This document shows positions 61,297 to 64,000 of a stretch of 64,000 bases of DNA, in pieces. The DNA is from Gemmatimonadaceae bacterium (GTDB lineage Bacteria; Gemmatimonadota; Gemmatimonadetes; Gemmatimonadales; Gemmatimonadaceae). The notes under the pieces are model-generated. The model did no database searches. It was not told where the DNA came from and saw only the letters and a list, made by a program, of their open reading frames with translations. Location of the stretch: assembly GCA_040901985.1 (NCBI GenBank), contig JBBDYC010000017.1, positions 32,001-96,000 of the forward strand, written 5' to 3'. A program made the translations under genes and the position numbers. Position 1 is the stretch's first letter; each line of letters begins with the position of its first letter.

Positions 61297-62394
61297 CTAC
61301 CGTGAGAGCGTCCAGACGACGTAGCGTTGCCATCGCTGGTAGAACTGTCCGGAGGGTAAGCGCCGCCAGAAGACGCCACTTGCCGCGAGGAGAGGGCCGG
61401 GTCCGCCGTTCGCCGCCGGTGCGAAGACTACCTCGCCACCCGCCTCCTCTTTGCCTCTCGCTGGATTCCAGAAGAGCCATCGCGCCTCTAGCAGTGTGGC
61501 TGCGCCGTCCAGCCGGAGTGTGCCGTCGAGCCCCGAGGCCCGGCGATTTCGCGCACAGAAGCGAAGAACTGTTGCGCCAGAGGGGCTGCTCGTGAAACGG
61601 AAGGTGTGCTGCGTCGCAAAGAGCTCGTCAACGAAGTGCCCCGCCAGTTCCGCGTACAACGCTGGATACGCCCAGAGGCCGAAATCATCACGCTGATGTA
61701 TGTCTCGGAGCGGATATACGTAGCCGAGGCGCGAAATACCGCTTCGAGCTGTTGCCATTCCCGCCGCGGTATACTCGCGTGACCCGGTCCCCAGCCGGTC
61801 GCGCGCGAAATCGGCGACGCCCGCCGCTGAAACGGTACCCACCGCCTGCTCGAAACGACTATGTCGGCCCTCCAGCGACGGGGTGAGATACTGCCTACTG
61901 GCCTGGGCCCAGCGCTCCCTTGCCGCCGGATCGTCCTGCTGCGGACAGGCCTGCGACACCGCCGTTACGGTGACTTCCGGCAGTGGCGCGGACACCGGTT
62001 CGAGAGTGACCTCAGTGACCCGGGCTTCCGCGACCGCCACCCGCGCGGGCAAAAAGCCGATGTGTCGCACCAGTACGGCCACGGCGCCTTGTGCTTCCAT
62101 ATCTCCGAAGACAGCGGTACCGCGTTCGTCCGTCAGCCGAGAGGCTAACAATGTGGTAGCAGACCACAGGTCTGCGCGCGCGCCCGCGAGAGCCCGACCC
62201 CCGTTCTCGCGAACTGTCACGCTCAACTGCGCCTCCGTGGTCGCAGCAAATGCTACGACAAGCCCGGTGAAGCTGATGAGGCGGCTAGCATGCGGCGCCA
62301 GCAATGAGAAAAGCACGGACGAGCCTCCGGTTGCGCAAACGTGGCCTGCTACCACAGCTGCTAAAATAAACGGCGCGAGCGTAACTCGCACCAA
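61297..62394 (-). CDS. Secreted protein with N-terminal carboxypeptidase-regulatory-like domain (start uncertain)
   Basis: LAGARADL...TDERG...VRHIGFLP...LPEVTV. Confidence 0.72.
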   Translation of the reverse strand: MVRVTLAPFILAAVVAGHVCATGGSSVLFSLLAPHASRLISFTGLVVAFAATTEAQLSVTVRENGGRALAGARADLWSATTLLASRLTDERGTAVFGDMEAQGAVAVLVRHIGFLPARVAVAEARVTEVTLEPVSAPLPEVTVTAVSQACPQQDDPAARERWAQASRQYLTPSLEGRHSRFEQAVGTVSAAGVADFARDRLGTGSREYTAAGMATARSGISRLGYVYPLRDIHQRDDFGLWAYPALYAELAGHFVDELFATQHTFRFTSSPSGATVLRFCARNRRASGLDGTLRLDGAATLLEARWLFWNPARGKEEAGGEVVFAPAANGGPGPLLAASGVFWRRLPSGQFYQRWQRYVVWTLSR

Positions 62395-62754
62395 TCGATG
62401 CGCCTACCGGACGCAGCAGTGCGACCGCACAGGCCCCAGCTGGACGCGCTGGCGGAATGAAGGCCAGGACGCGGCAAACATCAATCTCGGCCAAATGACC
62501 TAGCACGAGATTGAGCGAAAGTCGGCGACCTGGGTCGCCGCGTCGTCTTGAAGCAGCCGAGTTGGTGCGGGACAGTCATGTACTTCTGTGAAACGCCCTG
62601 GGCCATTCTGCCTAGGGCATGATTGGCGCACTTGCACTCCTAGGTGACAACGTCCATGGTTCCGGCGCGCTGGCGGAAGTCCCGCTGCCACGCTCAATCC
62701 GTTCGCGGCCGTCGCTCGCTTGCCGGACTGTGAACATCACCTTCGGAGGGCACC

Positions 62755-62982
62755 GTGAGACGCGTACTCCTGCGGTTGACGTGCATCACCATCCTTGGAA
62801 TTGGCGCGCAGTTTGCGAGCCCCGGAACTGCCCTCGCAGATCCGGCAAGCTGCCCGGAGGATCCTTCCACACTGTGCAGCCCTCCGCCGAATTACGGAAC
62901 CTGTAGCGCAACCTGCACGACAACGTCAACCGGTATCGTCTACGAGTGCGTCTATCGTCCGTTCGAGTGCATGGACGAGTAG
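62755..62982 (+). CDS. Small secreted 6-Cys peptide (28-aa signal plus 47-aa mature peptide)
   Basis: GGAGG at 62745-62749, Sec signal ending ALA/D, Cys spacing x7-x8-x3-x10-x6. Confidence 0.75.
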   Translation: MRRVLLRLTCITILGIGAQFASPGTALADPASCPEDPSTLCSPPPNYGTCSATCTTTSTGIVYECVYRPFECMDE

Positions 62983-63114
62983 GACCTCGCGTGGTCTGCC
63001 CGGTCAAGCACGAGTCTTGACCGGGCACACCGCTTGACTCCGAACAATCCTCTAGGCTACCGCGCGTAGCCGCTCTCGGCGACGAGCTCCTCCGCGTTTC
63101 TACCACTCATTACT

Positions 63115-63768
63115 TTGACTTCGAAACTCTCAGACTTCGTGCTGGTCGTGTGCGCGCTGGTGATGGTTGCGCTGGTCGCGCGAAATCAATCCAGGGGTGG
63201 CACTGCTTCTGAATCCGAGACACCAACCGACAGCGTAGTTTCTGATGCCGACTACTATCGCGATCTGAGTCGCAGGTCCGGTAGCGAGGATGTCCAAGCT
63301 GAGATCGTGGTGTTTACGGACTACCAGTGCCCGTTCTGCAAGAGGCTCTGGCATGCGCTCGATTCCTTGCGTGCCGAGTCACCCGACGCCGTTGCGTTGA
63401 CGGTGCGACACTTCCCGCTCGCTGGCATTCATCCTCAAGCGCGGGCGGCAAGCGCCTTCGTCGAGTGCGCACGCCGAGAGAACAAGTTTCGAGAGGCTGA
63501 CTCGATTCTCTTTGCCTGGCCGGACTCTGTCGAACGCGGCGCTTGGACATCGATCGCATCGCTAATTGGAATGGAGTCTCCGGCTTCCGTCAACAAATGC
63601 ATGGCGTCGAACGGGATTACGGAGTTGATCGACGCGGACATCGCCGCGGCACGGCGTCTCGGTGCGACAGGTACGCCGATGATGCTTGTCAACACTGTTC
63701 GGGTGCGCGGTGCGAGGTCGGTTGAGCAGATCCGACGCATCATTGCAGAGTCCCACGGATCCGACTAG
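63115..63768 (+). CDS. DsbA-family thiol-disulfide oxidoreductase, membrane-anchored
   Basis: FTDYQCPFC, RHFPL, GATGTP (cis-Pro loop), N-terminal TM. Confidence 0.9.
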   Translation: MTSKLSDFVLVVCALVMVALVARNQSRGGTASESETPTDSVVSDADYYRDLSRRSGSEDVQAEIVVFTDYQCPFCKRLWHALDSLRAESPDAVALTVRHFPLAGIHPQARAASAFVECARRENKFREADSILFAWPDSVERGAWTSIASLIGMESPASVNKCMASNGITELIDADIAAARRLGATGTPMMLVNTVRVRGARSVEQIRRIIAESHGSD

Positions 63769-63769
63769 C

Positions 63770-64000
63770 ATGCTCACACGCTCGATCGGAATGCTGGGCT
63801 TAGGAGACTCCTCGTGGCCTGCCGCCTTTGTGACCACTCACACCGCTTTCAGGCTGAACCCCGTATTCGCGGCCGCGCTACTGATACTCGTTCCTGCATC
63901 AGTCGCAGCTCAGGTGCGAGAGCTGAAGCTCCCTCCGCCAAGCGACTCCTTGTCGCACGGGTTCACCAGAATCACTGCCGTCCGCGAGCTAGCGGACGGA
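63770..64000 (+). CDS. Secreted beta-propeller-type protein, partial (runs off the window; not in the ORF track)
   Basis: Manual translation: ...AAALLILVPASVAA/QVRELKLPPPSDSLSHGFTRITAVRELADG. Confidence 0.65.
   Translation, partial: MLTRSIGMLGLGDSSWPAAFVTTHTAFRLNPVFAAALLILVPASVAAQVRELKLPPPSDSLSHGFTRITAVRELADG

Overview
High-GC bacterial chromosome segment. The gene families and their order resemble Gemmatimonadota, which is an inference from recognition and not a database result. Bases 1 to about 44,100 are mostly housekeeping and envelope genes: a P1B ATPase, an ECF sigma/anti-sigma/TolC/MFP/MacB-like operon, kup, M14 and M20 peptidases, UPF0182, leuS, an MCP, glycosylasparaginase, a cNMP-AspA fusion, a caa3-type oxidase operon with ctaG, dacB, saccharopine dehydrogenase, a Ser/Thr kinase and threonine dehydratase. 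Bases from about 44,140 to 64,000 form an accessory region with four parts. (1) A roughly 5-kb, visibly lower-GC cassette bounded by a 167-bp direct duplication of the 3' end of an RND gene; it carries a Cys-rich lipoprotein subtilase broken by an intact IS256-family element with a 9-bp target duplication. (2) An MFP plus two-RND operon headed by beta-propeller genes. (3) A nested, degenerate IS3 structure that truncates a third propeller gene. (4) A small secreted 6-Cys peptide followed by a DsbA-like oxidase and another propeller gene. The best candidate for an undescribed system is this disulfide-rich peptide/DsbA/propeller/heteromeric RND/subtilase locus. Several genes carry clean lesions (homopolymer frameshifts, internal deletions) that could be biological or assembly errors. 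I found no rRNA, tRNA or CRISPR array.
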